Assembly: GCF_009914755.1 (NCBI RefSeq)
Contig: NC_060929.1
Source of the DNA: the human T2T-CHM13v2.0 reference genome, Homo sapiens
DNA: 64,000 nt
Direction: 5' to 3' (one strand)
The notes under the pieces are model-generated. The model searched no databases. It was not told the origin of the DNA and saw only the letters and a program-made list of their open reading frames with translations. How positions within the stretch are numbered: position 1 is the stretch's first letter; the number at the start of each line of letters is the position of its first letter. Of this stretch, positions 14,886-28,779 are shown piece by piece. The translations under genes were made by a program, and so were the position numbers.

Positions 14886-16066
14886 TTTTTTTAAAAATTT
14901 TAAAGCAACCATATTAAGAGGCATGATCATACTAGATGTGATAAATGCTGCTCCTAAAAATATATTAGAAAGTTTCTTTCTAAGTATTAGTTTTGGTATT
15001 TAGGGGGCTCAAGGATAATAGTTTCTGTCTAGTCTTGAGTATATTTGTCCCTGATAACTGGGACTATACTGTCTGGGAAGCCATGTATATGATTTTCTAT
15101 GTAATAACACACCCTTTTTTGCAATAAAATCAATAAAGACAGAGCATCACACAATTTTTTCACAATTACTGCTGTTAATACGGCACCAATGTAATGAGCA
15201 ACTTTAGCATTTGAGTTAGGTTGAGGCCATCTGTTTAAAGCTCATCTTAGTGGATTATGATATCATGCCAGATAATTTAAATATCCAGGTGGCTCGGAAA
15301 ACACTAAATCAAACTTCTGGCCATAAAAGAGAAAAACAAATTGCTCTTGATATCCAGCATTAGCAGTGACTCGTAAGATCACATAAGCCAAATCAATGGC
15401 TGCATACCAATCAGAAATTAAAAATCATCTTTCAATGTAGAAATGTGGTCACAGTTTTCATCTAATTGCTGCAACCTTTTTTAAAATTTATAAATAATTC
15501 TATTTATATTCTACAAATAGTTGCCAGAACCCATCTGACTTTTGTACCAGCCAAACTGAGACCATAATTGGGATGATTATTGGCATTGTATATAACCTAC
15601 CCCTGTGATTTCCATATTAGAATTAAAACATTATATGTCTTCCTTAAAATATTGCATTATAATTTCATGATTATGATTTATAATGAAGTTCCTGAACTGC
15701 TTCTTTTTGTCCTTTTAAGAATCCTTTCCCTAGAATTATAAACAACAAATTATCAGTAGGAGTTGAAGGAATGGGGACAGCTTCATTGCCTTAGTTCTTT
15801 ATTTCTAACCTGGACACTTGATAAAATTCTGTAGCTTCAACTTCTTTCTCCTCAAGATTCTTTATTACTTATATAATCACTACTTTCAAAAGCTCCTCAA
15901 TTTTTGGTATATTAATGTTTCTTAGGGTCATTTGGACTTGGACATAGAGTTACAGCTTCTGTGAAAATATTTTTATGTGATTGTTCTCGAGGAGTAGACA
16001 TGAGGATAAATCAAAAGAAGGTACATTTCATTTTTGTTGTTGTTGCTACTGTTCTTGTTCTGTAGG

Positions 16067-16068
<2 letters not shown>

Positions 16069-16105
<37 letters not shown>
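16069..16105. repeat. (GT)n microsatellite
   Basis: ~18 GT units. Confidence 0.95.
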
Positions 16106-16106
<1 letters not shown>

Positions 16107-16166
16107 ATTGGGGGCCTGGGGATTGTAATTATTCTTGTTTATGTTGTACAGGCAGAGATTGACCTT

Positions 16167-16602
16167 TGTATTAAGTTCCCTAGGGCTGCTGTAACCAAGT
16201 ACTACAAACTAGGTGGCTTAAAAAAAATTTTATTGTCTAGCAGTTCAGGATACTAGAGGTCCGAAATCAAAGTATCTGCAGGGCCATGCTCACATTGAAA
16301 CATAAGGGAATCTTTTCCTGGCTCTACCTGGCTTCTGGTAGTTGGCTGGCACTATTTGACATTCCACAGTTTGTAGAGTCATCACTCCAATCCTCAGTCT
16401 TCACAGAGCCTGTGTCTCTGCCTTCTTTAAAGACACCAGGCTTCTAGGATTAGGACACTAGCCTACTTCAACATGACCTCATTCTAATTTAACTCATTGC
16501 ATCTGCAAAGATCTTATTTCCAATATGTTCACATTTTGAGGTACTTAGGGTTATGACTAGAACATATCTTGTTCTTAGGGACACAATTAAATACATAGCA
16601 AC
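16167..16602 (-). mobile_element. MLT1 (B/C-like) solo LTR
   Basis: tgtattaagttccctagggctgctgtaaccaagtactacaaactaggtggctta...gggacacaatt, reverse complement of an MLT1 LTR. Confidence 0.85.
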
Positions 16603-17494
16603 CTCTTTTATTTTCTTCCCTTTGGCGTCTTGCTTTAGGAGAACTAATCGCCAGTGTGGCTGTTGTGGTGCATGCAGGCTACTCCACTATAGCTGCTGTT
16701 GTAAGCAGAAGTGATCACATGTGCCAATCAAGACCTGATGCCTGGAGTTCCTAAACTAATGACTCCTGAGCAGACACTTGTCTCCATCTAGACTATGTGA
16801 CTGTCACGCTAGCTGAGCAAATTCTTCATTACCCAATTCCTGTGAACTTTCTCAGCTTTAGCTTTGCCTTCTTTAAAAGGTGCCAGGAAGGTGTATTTAA
16901 GAAAACAAATCTATTTCAATTTCAGTGAGATGTGAATCATCTTGGGCATTTAATAAGCGAATCAAGGTGATGGATATAGCATAGGGATTTCTTTCATTAA
17001 CCTTCTAAAATAGTAAAGGTTTTCCATAGGCACAGCACTATTACATTTACAAATTGGGACATTATGTTCTTGCTGTTTCACTACTCATTATAACCAGCCT
17101 TGGGCACTTAATCTCTTAATGAGCTGTATTGCCATTGTGGGAGCATCCTTACTGAGGTCTTCCAAAGCCCCTAATTCAACCCTATTCAGTTTATCTGTGT
17201 ATCTTGTTTAATTTTATAACCAGCAGATTAGCATGCCACCTGCCATGCCTACAGGAAACCGGCAATATATTTTAACTAATTATTGGTGTACCAGGTGAGT
17301 AACAGAAATTATTGTAGGATTCTGGGTGTTTACATAAACTTTTACACATTTCCTGCCTAAGACAGATATTTCTTGAAGAAGAAAGAAAGAAGGGTGAGGG
17401 TCTGGTCTGTGAGAAGGCTGGTTGTCTCGTTCCTGCCTACTCAAGTCTCTGAGAATAGTAATACCCACGTTTACCTATGATTTCCAGGTTACTG

Positions 17495-17903
17495 TTTGAA
17501 TCATTTGTTTCTGTTTTACAAAACAATCCAGTATAATAACTTACTATTAATTATGATTCTTTGAGTTACCCAGGGTCAGTTTTGAAGTTCTGCTGGTCTC
17601 ACTTGGAGTCTTTGACATAATTCCACTAGATTGAAAGACTGTTTGGGAGATGGTTTTTCACTCTCTGTCTCTCTCCATATAGTCTTTAATTGTTCAATAG
17701 TCTAGCCTGGCTTCCAAACGGCATGTCTTCTGGGTTCCATAACAGTGCACTCTTCTGTCACATTTTGTCTGTCAAATCCGGACATAATTTCTTCCAAAAT
17801 AAAGGATAATATAAATAAACTCATCTGTTACCTGAGGAAGGGCATGAGTGTACCAGGATGGAAGGAATTGTTGGCTGCCATATTTAGAGACTACTTACCT
17901 CAG
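17495..17903 (-). mobile_element. Old MLT1 (H-L-like) LTR relic
   Basis: caatagtctagcctggcttcc...ggaagggcatgagtgtaccaggatggaaggaattgttggctgccatatttagagactacttacctca. Confidence 0.5.
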
Positions 17904-17974
17904 TATCAAATACCTGCTATCCCATATTGTTACTGATTGTAGTTCTTCCTTTCAATAAATTATGATGTTCTACT

Positions 17975-18215
17975 CTATCAAAAAAGGTCCTATCAGCAGA
18001 GCAAAACCATAAAATAGTTTGCACAGGCAGAATTTTGTATTTAAAATAATTAACTCTAACAGAGGATTGGAGTAATAAGGGATTGTCTAGGTAAAAAAAA
18101 AAACCTTAAAAACTAGAACTAGCAGATAAGAAACATCTTATATCCTTAGAATTGAGTTAAGGTGCCCAATAAAAAGGCATCTGCCTCCCCGACCCAGTGA
18201 AGCAGAATACGATGA
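17975..18215. mobile_element. Possible old ERVL-type LTR fragment
   Basis: aggattggagtaataagggattgtctag...tagcagataag...ccttagaattgagttaaggtgccca resembles old LTR families; family not determined. Confidence 0.3.
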
Positions 18216-19795
18216 CAGCTTCAAAGGAAAGAAGTATTCTATTTTTAATCACTTACACTGGGGCAGACATTATGGACAGTGATGCTGTATAATTATAATA
18301 CATTTTCCTTATTCAAGTCACTGAGATTTTTTTGCTATTAAAAATAAAAACATCAAAGTATCAAATATGATTATTCAGGTCAGAACAAATATATCGTAAG
18401 AATGTCACCAAGAATAATAAATTTTCATTCACTCTACTTTATTGAAACATGTACAAATTATCTCTCCAGGGTTGAATTGTCTAGAGATATTTGCAGCATC
18501 TTGTATCAGAAAAAAGAGTGACAAGTTTCATTCCATTTTTCGTAGAAGGAAGGATTATCACAGAGCCAATGCCACAAGGCCCTTTGGTTCAGAGACAGCA
18601 TTTTCCAATCATGTTCTCAACAAGTCTCGAACATGTTAATTAATGTTTGTCTTGAAGAGTTCTTAAATAAAAACTAGTGGATAGCTTTCTCACATAAATT
18701 TAAAAGATTTTTAAGATAGCATCTTCAACAAATCCAAAACTATAAAATGTCTTTTGAGTCATACCTTTTGCTTCAAAATACTCCTAATAAAGCACATAAA
18801 TTGACAAACTCCATTGTTAGTAGAAAGTTTTATGGCTTCAGATCACAATTAATATTTTAACATTCATATTTTCACCCAAAGGACATTTAGTCATCATGTT
18901 TGACACTAACAATTTTATCTTTCTTCTGCTGGTAGTTGTATGACTCATTAAAACAAAGTATATAAAATAATCGCATCTATACTGATGACTTAAATGGGCA
19001 CCAAAATAAGTGAGTTTAAAAAATTCTATCTTATGAGAAAAACATAAAATAGTTCTTACGTAATATGTAAGAAATAATAATTTCTTACTGAATTCATAGT
19101 GAAAAGTACTGCTGGAATACGTCATCACAAATAGCATTCTCCATTACTAAAATATAGATGCAATAATAATTAGTAACTATGATCGTAACAAACTACTTGA
19201 AAAACATGTGGCTTGAAAATGTCAAAAAAGATACAAATGCAACTGAGCAGTATAGGAAAAGAGTACTCTTAAAACTCAGCAGATTGTGGTGGGTATGTGG
19301 CAACGTTTTGAAGATGATGTAGTTGTCATTCTGGTTATCTGAGAAAACAGAGATTATCATATCCAAAGAATAAATACAAATGAAAAGGTTTAATATTGCA
19401 TTTGGAATTGTTTTTATTTTTCAAAATTGATGATAGAATAAAATATTTTTATAAAATATAAATCTGCAAATGTTTTTACCTGGGACAATGAGCCTTGACA
19501 GAATAACATCTAGAACAGCTAACCCACAATAACTTATGTAAAATTGTCGAAATGTTATATTGAGTAAAATTAATAGAAGAGTCAAGTATTATATTTTAAT
19601 TTTCAATATCCTGGTGGAAATAATTATGTGCAAAATATCAACGAAATAGGGAAAGTAAATAAGAATGTTTTAAATATATATATACACCCAAAATGGAAAA
19701 CCGACTTAACAGATTTTGCTTTAAAAATACATTTTCTATGAAGATTCATCAATTCTACAGAAAGTGATAGACCTCTAATAGAAATATTTGGTTTT

Positions 19796-20040
19796 AAACA
19801 CTGCATGTTCTCACTCATAGGTGGGAATTGAACACTGAGAACACTTGGACACAGGGCAGGGAACATCACACTCAGGGCCTGTTGGGGGATGGGGGGCAAG
19901 GGGAGGAATAGCATTAGGAGAAATACCGAATGTAAATGATGAGTTAATGAGTGCAGCAAACCAACATGGCACATGTATACCTATGTACCAAACTTGCACG
20001 TTGTGCACATGTACCCTAGAACTTAAAGTATAATAAAAAA
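19796..20040 (+). mobile_element. Short 5'-truncated L1PA5-like insertion with TSD
   Basis: gcattaggagaaatacc...gcagcaaaccaacatggcacatgtatacctatgt...ccctagaacttaaagtataataaaa; TSD AAATATTTGGTTT at 19782-19794 and 20041-20053. Confidence 0.95.
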
Positions 20041-22885
20041 AAATATTTGGTTTCATAAGGAAAGCATCAAAATAATCAAAAGAAATTATTAAAATATTCT
20101 TGCATGGCAGTGCTAGTCCAATGGAGTTGAAGTGGCAAAGTCTACATTTCCTGAGTACAGCTAGAAAGACACTGTTCAGGGAACAGTTAGATTGTAACCA
20201 GCTAAAGAGAAACCAGGATGTTAAATTTGGCTATTCTAGCAAAGAAGCATTCAGGAAAATAAAGAAGCAATTATCCGTGAGCTGAGTTCCAGGCTTTTTT
20301 TTGCACAGTTTTTGTATTCGCATAATGAATGAACAGCATTGTCACGAGCATTTTTAAGTGCCTTAGGATGGGACTGTCATCCAGCCATTAAATCCTGCAA
20401 ATTCAGTTCTGAGGGGAATAAAAAAGAAATACAGGAACATAGAGTGGGAGTTGTATTTTGTATTTCCTTTGTCCCTTTTGCACAGTTTCAGAATGCATTG
20501 ACAAATCAGTTTCTGTAGCAATGGGATTCAGATTCTGGATTTTTTTTTAAAAAGAACATAAGCTTCTGAGGCTAGAAGTAGAGAATGACCTCCAGTGGCT
20601 GGTGTCAAAAGAAGAGAACAGCCAATAAATTATATTTGTCCTAGATCTGACAACCCATGTAGAATTACATTGGTACAGAACTAACCAGTACCCTGTTGAT
20701 GTCGAAGATGTTTCTTATTCCCCAAATATGTGAACCTAATTATGACTGTATTATAATCTAGCAGATCTCACTAAGTATATTCCAATGGCTATATGCAGTC
20801 TTAGAATTGAACACACAGAGCACACCATTGTGTTGCCGATGGCATAAAAACTTGAAGAAACTCCAAGATGACCAGAACTCAGAAGTCTGCAGTCATAGTA
20901 AGTGAAATGACAAAAAAAAAGTAGAGAACAGTTAGATTTCTTGGGTAAAGGCTGAACAATCTACTGATGCAAGAAACAGAGGAGGAGTTTCCTCTTAGGA
21001 CTTGAGAAGATTCATTGATAGAAAAAGGACTCCTCTGTAAAAATGAGCAGATAGTGTTTGATATAAGGCAATGATTTGACTGTATGATGGGTGCCTTGAT
21101 CAGGTTTGGAGGTAATAATTTGCATGGCAACCTAATATATACCGTCAGGTAAAACCTCCTGAAAATTACATGAATGATACCAGATAGCACATGTGTCCTA
21201 TTTTGATACATACCCTGGTCCTGCTGAGATTGTGCCTTTGCTATGAAGCAAGGCCTCTTTGAGGCACATTATTGTACTTAGACAAGGCCCTGCATTCTAG
21301 AGAAAGAGACAAGCTGGGAAAAAAGATTTTGTACACGCTCAAAGAATGAATGTCCATTTGAGAGTATAAACTAGTTGCCATGTCTGCCAATTGCCAACCA
21401 CCACCATATCCTTAGAAACCATGCTATTACCATGTTTCAGTGTACACCAAAAGAAATCTAGAGTAGGAACTGGCTTCCTCCCTCACTTGTGCATTTGTCC
21501 GTTGCACATTCTATCAAGTAGGTTTAATAGTGCTTTAGTAACTTACAGAGAAATTGTGGCAAAACTCTCCTGTTATTTTTGTTAATCAAAATTTGTAGCT
21601 TCCCCTCTAAGAGAGTCACGCATGAGTCCATGGGCCATGAATAGTAACAGATTTTGAGTTATAAGCATAATGCTGAACTAAAAATGATTCATCAGCTGTA
21701 GAACTCACCCATTTTGTGTAGAGAAAGTTTGCTTTGTTCAAAGTATTGCTTTAGGGAAAGTTCTTAACAAGAACACGCCTTGCTTTTCCACAAGAAACAT
21801 TTCTTGATGGGTCTGTTACACAAATTATTCAGATATGCAAGTTTTGTTTTGCTTTGTTTTTAAAAAATATAGTTCAAAATTATTGCTAGGGCTAAACCCT
21901 TGTTCCACATTTTTTATCTCATGCATTTTTAAAAGCTATTTTAAATTTCTGCCTCCAATCTTGTTTTATTTTATTTTTTCAACTGGGTAATTGTCTTTGC
22001 AGTTTATGTTTTCTTTCAGATATTCTCACAGGGAAACTTCATCATTTCTCTATTAGGGTATTTTCAGTCACATTATGTATTTCTTTTTCTATCATAATTT
22101 GCAGTACTATCACTGGATTAATTTTTTAAATCACCTTTCGACAAGTATAATTTCCATGCAAGTTTGACAAAGTTCAATTTGTTTTTTTCTTTTATTTTTC
22201 ACATTTGTAATAATTGTGTAAGAAATCTTTGCCTATTCAAAACTCACAAAAATAATTTTTAGACATTTTACAGCTTAACACTTAATTCACAGATATTTTT
22301 CTGAATTAATTTAAGTAATGTCGTATGTGTCATGACTTTAAACTTTTCTTTTCTTCCATGTCCACTTGTCCCAGCAACATTTGTTGAAAAGATTTTATTT
22401 TCCCCCATTGAATTGACTTGACACCTTTTTTGAAAGTCAGCTCAACAAATATCCATGGCCCGATTTCTGGAATCTCTATGCTGTTTCATTTATTTTTATG
22501 TCTGCCCTCACAGCAATACCACCCAGTACTTGTAACTTTATACTAAGGCTTGCAATCACACGGCAAAAGACCTTCAAATCTGTTCTTCCTGTGCAAGCAT
22601 TTTGGCGCTCCTAGGTTCTTTGAATGTCTACATACATTTTAGAATCAGCTTGACAATCTACAAAAAAAGCCTCCCAGGACTCTGATCCAAACTTCATTTA
22701 ATTTATAGATTTGTGACATCTTACAATGAGTCTTACAGTCAATGAATATGATACATCACTCCATCTCATGTTTTCTTTCACTTTTCTCAGATATGTATCA
22801 CAGTTTTCAGTTTAGAGCTTTTACAAATATTACATTAAATGTGTCTCCAAGTATTTTCTGTATTGGATGCTACTGTAAATTGTAA

Positions 22886-23283
<398 letters not shown>

Positions 23284-23631
23284 TGAACCCACTATGTTCT
23301 TTAAATATTAATAACATTTTTTGTAGATTCCTTATAATTTCCTACAAAGTCAATAATGTCAAATGCAAATAGTGTTTTGCAGCTTTACTCTTAATTTACA
23401 TATTTTTCCCTTGCTCTAATGCACATGCTAGAATCTCTAGTATAATGGTGAAATACAGCCATAGATGTTCCAATATTAAACCAGTATTTCTTATTTCAAT
23501 TAGCTAATATTTTGCTAAAGCTTTTCTGGTTCTACAATTTTGCATCTATGTATGTATCAATTTTTACATCTGTGTTTTCTAATTTTTCTGATTTTGGTAT
23601 TATGGTAATCATAATTAAATAAGTGAAATAT

Positions 23632-24324
23632 TGTGGAATCAGGAGGACCAGAAAGAGACCTTGGGGTGTATACAGGAGGATATCTTTATTGAGTGCAGTC
23701 AGACCCAGCAAACTCAACATCCAAAGACTGGGTCCAGAACAAAGACAGCATTTGACTTTCATACACACTTCACAAAGGGGTGGACTACCTTGAAGCAGGC
23801 TTTCAGTTACAGTGGTGCGAAAGCAAGGATACAGAGGCAGAACAATTAATTAAATTGTGACAGGTTCATAACTCCGGATTACACATGACCATTGCCAAGC
23901 AACCCATTTGTCTGTTATCCAGGTTTTGCTCTAAAGAGTCTTGCACTGGTTTATCGCATAACTTCACTATGGTGCCCAGACAGCTGTAGTTCAGGCCTGC
24001 TCAGGCTTCTCATGACCTTCACTGTACTTCTTAGATAAAACAGAATACTTGAAGTTACCAGTTACAGAAAACAAGAATCTATAAACTAATACCATAAAGC
24101 AAAGGAAAATTTGTTTTTTGTCTCCATGTGTTGAAGGAGTGCTGGGAGAGTCTCCAGAGCACATTCCTTTGTGTCCTAGCTTCTTAGATAGTGTTTACCA
24201 AGCCTTTTCCTGGGTCTGGGCTGTGCCTGTTGCTGCCTCTGGGACCAGTCAGCCTAATACAGGAAAGCTTATTTCTTTCTCTTTTTAATTTTATTTTTCC
24301 TTATTTCTTTAATTTCCCACCTCA
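23632..24324 (-). mobile_element. ERV1 solo LTR, PABL_A-like
   Basis: TG...CA termini; minus strand begins tgaggtgggaaattaaagaaa...gaaataagctttcctgtattaggctgac...gaggcagcaacaggcacagcccagacccagg, as in the recalled PABL_A consensus; flanks AAATAT/AAACAT. Confidence 0.8.
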
Positions 24325-25149
24325 AAACATTTCCTACTCTATTTCATCAACTAAGATTTATATGATTCATCCATTAAATATTTATTTGAATTTCTAATTT
24401 TGGTATTATGGTAATCATAATTAAGTAAACATTTCCTACTGTACTTTATCAACTAAGAGTTATATGCTTCATTCATTAAATATTTAATAAAATTTACCAG
24501 TACATTTACATAAGGCTGTTTATTTTTTTTTCTTTCTTTGTATAAAGGATTTTAATCATCAGTTATATATCTTTACCAGAAATAGGACTACTTAGCTTTT
24601 CAGTTACTTTTTAAACTAGTTTGGATAACTTGTGTTTTTCAAGCTATTTGCCACTTTTCTTTAAGTTTCCAGACTTGGTAGCATAAAGTTGTTAAGATAA
24701 TATTCTCTTAGCCATTGTGTGTTACAAATATAGTGCAACCTACTCTTTCATTGCTTTTCTTTGAGCAATCTAGTTTTAAAAATTGTTTTTAATAATTTAT
24801 TTAAAATAACATTTGTTTGTTTACTTTATCATTAGTTTGTTTTTTCCTTCAGAGATGTCTTTTCTATTTATTTATCCATTTTTTACTTTTACTTAATAAT
24901 CAAGCTCCTCTTTCCCTAGCTTCTTTTGGTGGGAGCTGAAATCATTAATTTTTTAATTCTTTTTTCTTCTTTTTTAATATAAGCATTTGCAGTTGTAATT
25001 TTTCATCAAGTCACTCCTTTACTTTTACTTCACAAAACAAGAATCAGAACCATACCTAGGTACAACACAACTGTTAGGATCATCATTCAGAGAAATTAAA
25101 ATAATGGTGATTACTATATTAAGGGCTCTTAACAGAAAAAAAAATAGGG

Positions 25150-25490
25150 GTGTGTAATATAAACAGAGAAATGAAAAAAGAAAAAAAAACTAAGAAAAAA
25201 ACAAAAGAAAATGCTAAGGGAGAAAAAAGAATAGGCCCATTGATGGGTTTATTAATCAACTTCCATGACTGAAGAAACAATGAGTGAGCTGTAGGTAAGC
25301 CCATAGAAAATTTCCAAACTGAAATGAGAAGAGAAAAAAAGATGAAAAAAAAAAAACAAAAACAAAAGAGAACATTAAAGAGCTGTAAGACAGTTTCAAG
25401 AAATATATCACACTTTGAATTGGCTTAATAGAAGAAAAAGAAGAAAAATTTAGCAAAAAAATTAACATTTGCAGTAATCATCGCTAAGAT
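25150..25490 (+). mobile_element. Old L1M ORF1 fragment
   Basis: gactgaagaaacaatgagtgagctg...tagaaaatttccaaactgaaatgagaagagaaaaaaagatg...gaacattaaagagctgtaagacagtttcaag. Confidence 0.65.
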
Positions 25491-26505
25491 TCACAATATG
25501 AGAGACCTCTACTTCATCACAAGCTTTCAACATTGACAGAATAGTTCTAGATAAGCAGAGGAGCAAGTTGCCTAAGTGGACGTGGATATATGATGATGTC
25601 TTAACAAGGCAACTAGTTCCCTCAAAGGGCAAGTCCAGCTTCTCCTCATATTTGGTGGATAATTAACAAATTCCAGTATTTTAAAAAATAATCATTATCA
25701 TGGTGACTAGCTTCACTCGATTATCTAGCGTTATCGAATCTCTATCATCTATCATCGCCAACAGGCATGGCTCAGTTTAGCCAACCAAGTACTCTACTTC
25801 CAAGATTTTGACTTGTGATTAATCCAATTATCTCCTCTGCTATAAGGAGAAAAGATTATATTGGATAGTTTTGTTTCCTGCAGCAAAGTAATTTTCTGCA
25901 TGACCAGCAATAATGCAATGTGGGAGATTTTAATAAGAAGCAATTATTTTTAAATTTAAAACTTAAACAGAATGCAGATTGCAATAATATAGCAGAGATG
26001 TGCACAAAATTGTGAGTCACTTTAAAAACTGTTAACCCTGCAATGTATTCTTGTATGGAACAGTGCAGTAAAATAAACATAACTGAAGCAGAAATATTTC
26101 TGTCTCCTAGAAACGCATATATAATATTAAAACTGACAAATAATACCCCCTTTGTATGGCATTCCGTAATTTAATGTGTTACCTTGTTTTCATCATTGAA
26201 ATTAATAGTTTTTTTTTTTTTTACTGAAATAAAGAAACATTTATGAAAAGAACACATGATAACATATTTTTTTTTGGTCCAAGAGAAAAAGTTAGCATCT
26301 GATGTTGGAAAATGATCAATGATAAGAAATGAGATTTTGCAAAATAAAGTCATTGAATATGTTATGGAAAATACAGCCTCTGTCCCTCATTATCATGGTG
26401 TGCAAACTGAGGAGTTAAACAATTGAGATCTCTGTGATCTAGTACCCCCATCTCGCCTGTTATTTCCAACTCTGAAGACAGAAATCTATCACCAGATGGA
26501 TGCAG

Positions 26506-26588
26506 TATATCTATATCTACATCTATATCTATATCTATATCTATATCTATCAATATTATCTGTATCTATGTCTCTATCTAATCTATCA
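26506..26588. repeat. (TATATC)n/(TCTA)n repeat
   Basis: tatatctatatctacatctatatctatatctatatctatatctat... Confidence 0.9.
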
Positions 26589-26633
26589 TTTTTTGGTAGC
26601 TACTTAATCCTCTATTGAAATTAGATTTCATAT

Positions 26634-27273
26634 TGAGACAGGATTGTTCCCCTGACCTCCCTTCATGGGCGGGAAGTGGAGTGGCCTGTTACCCTTAGCC
26701 TGCTGCTGGCCACTCCTTGAGAGGGAGTGTGCGAGCAAGCAAGTGCAGGAACCAGAAGAAAGGAACACTGGAATCAGCTAGCTGCTTCTCTCTGGTAGGA
26801 GCAGGCTCTATGCGTTCCACAGCAGCATCCAATCCCCTGCCCTCTTGGCACCCATTTCTTGTTCGGGGTCCAGAAAGAATCAGGTCACTAATTGAAGGGT
26901 AGTGTATGCAGAGGATTTTACTGGGCAATGGATGTGGTTCTCAGTGGAATGGGGAGTTGGAAAGGGGATGGTGCGGGAAGAAAGTGATCTTTCCCTGAAG
27001 CCGCACCCTCTGAAGTTAGCTCCGTCTGTCTGTAGTCTGAGATGCTCAGCCGCTTGTATCCTCAACACTCAGCAGCCTGCATCCCCAACCTGTTGCACCA
27101 GCTGCTTCTATTGCTTGGCCAGCTGAAGTCTTTTTATACTCACAAGATAGGGGGCGGGGCAGGCCAAAAGGGCAATCATTTGGGCCGAAAAATGGGGTCA
27201 GCTGTTTTCACTTAGAGCCGAGGTTCTAGGTTAGAGGGTGGAGTTGAGCTGAGAGTCCAGCCATTCTGTGACA
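26634..27273 (-). mobile_element. ERV1 solo LTR, LTR27-like (LTR1/LTR27/LTR28/MER52 group)
   Basis: tgagacaggattgttcccctgacc...ttcttgttcggggtccagaaagaatcaggtcac...ccagccattctgtgaca; TG..CA ends; flanks ATAT/ATAC; GC-rich relative to background. Confidence 0.8.
27131..27160 (-). promoter_or_regulatory. LTR core-promoter motifs (GC box + TATA) on the minus strand
   Basis: GGGGCGGGGC at 27151-27160; TATAAAAA on the minus strand at 27138-27131. Activity unknown. Confidence 0.4.
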
Positions 27274-28779
27274 ATACTTGATAATACTGAAGGTGAGATT
27301 ATGAAAACAGAACAGAAGAGCACCTAGAAAGAGTTGAGAGGGAGGTAGAACACAGCAAGTTTTTGGTCTGAGAGCGGACCTTATCTGGTTACAGGTGAAC
27401 TCTTTCCAGTAACTCCGTTGGTTGTTTAGTTTATTCCTTTCTGTTCTATCCCAAAATTTCTTCCTTACTTCTATTGTTTTCAAAGAGTACTTCAAAGGAG
27501 TTAAAATAAATAAAAGTAATTTTTTTAAAAATGCTTCATTTTTAACCTGGAAATATACGCACTACATCCATTTCAAAAGTTCCTTAGATGATTTTAGAAT
27601 TGAATGATACCTTAGTTATAAGATGTTAACACTTACTGAATTATTATAAAGTGGTAGGGCTTCTGCTGAGTATTTTATGTAAGTGACCAGAGTGGCCTTT
27701 ATATATTTTATATTTCATATAAAATAAATCCCAACCAATCTATCTGCAATTGCTACATTCCAGTTAGGTGAGACTTCAAATTTTCTTACCCAGCCCTTTT
27801 TTCCCATAGCCCTTGCTGACATTTCTGATCATTTTATTTAAAACTAAAAATGTCTAATGAATCAATAAAGATTTATGTTAATATTAAGAGAATACCACTG
27901 ATCACATAAATTGGTAAAGACTTCACTACCAATTTTAATTTTTTAGTCCCTATTAGTATTTATTTAGGAAGAAATACAAGTTTTGAAGGATCATGGTTTC
28001 TAAACACAATGGTCATATTTGTTTCCTACCTCACTTTTATGATCATTAAAATTATCAGAGTTACCATGAGTTCTACTGACAGCAGACTCACTAGAATGTT
28101 GCTTGTAAGTTAACTTCACATTTATAAACTATTGAGTTCTAGTCCAGATTATACCAGCACAACTACAGCAGCCATCTATCTTCTTCCTTCCCTGATAGAA
28201 TTATTTTATGCCATAAAACAATAAAAGAAAATGAAAATCTGTGTCTCACCTCAACACAGAGTTTTAGAATTTAACTTTTTACATTATCAATGAGCTTTGC
28301 ATTTTGTGGATAATTTTTTCAAGGAAGCTTTGTTTCTCACCAGTTTGACAAAAGAGTTTTATGCAAAGCAGATGTGGATAAGGAAGAGGAAGGAGATAAA
28401 GTTGAAGATGAACAGGAAAAAGAAGACAGAGGAAAGAAGGAAGACGGGAGTGAAGGAGGAGGAGAAGGCCTGGCATAGAAGCACTGTCATTCCTGGCCCC
28501 AGGGCCTGAAGCTCATGACTAATCTAGAGAAAGGTGGAGCCTCAAAGTTGAAAAACTGTGCTTATGTAGGCTATGTGACACTTGTTATGTGCAGCTTATT
28601 TCAATAGACTGTAGTATGTTCGATGTTGATAGGTGCTATGGAGTAAATTTTTCTTTTAAATTGGCATGTGAAGAGCAGCTGAGGGAAAGTTTACTATTTT
28701 AAATTGTGTTAAACTTTGTTATCTGTTACCACGTTTTTCTGTCTTTGCTAATCATTTACTTCTTAAAATAGCTATATTT

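Noticed and set aside
20760-20810. ADLTKYIP resembling the start of the FAS death domain
   Set aside because: Similarity does not extend beyond about 8 residues in the frames I examined.
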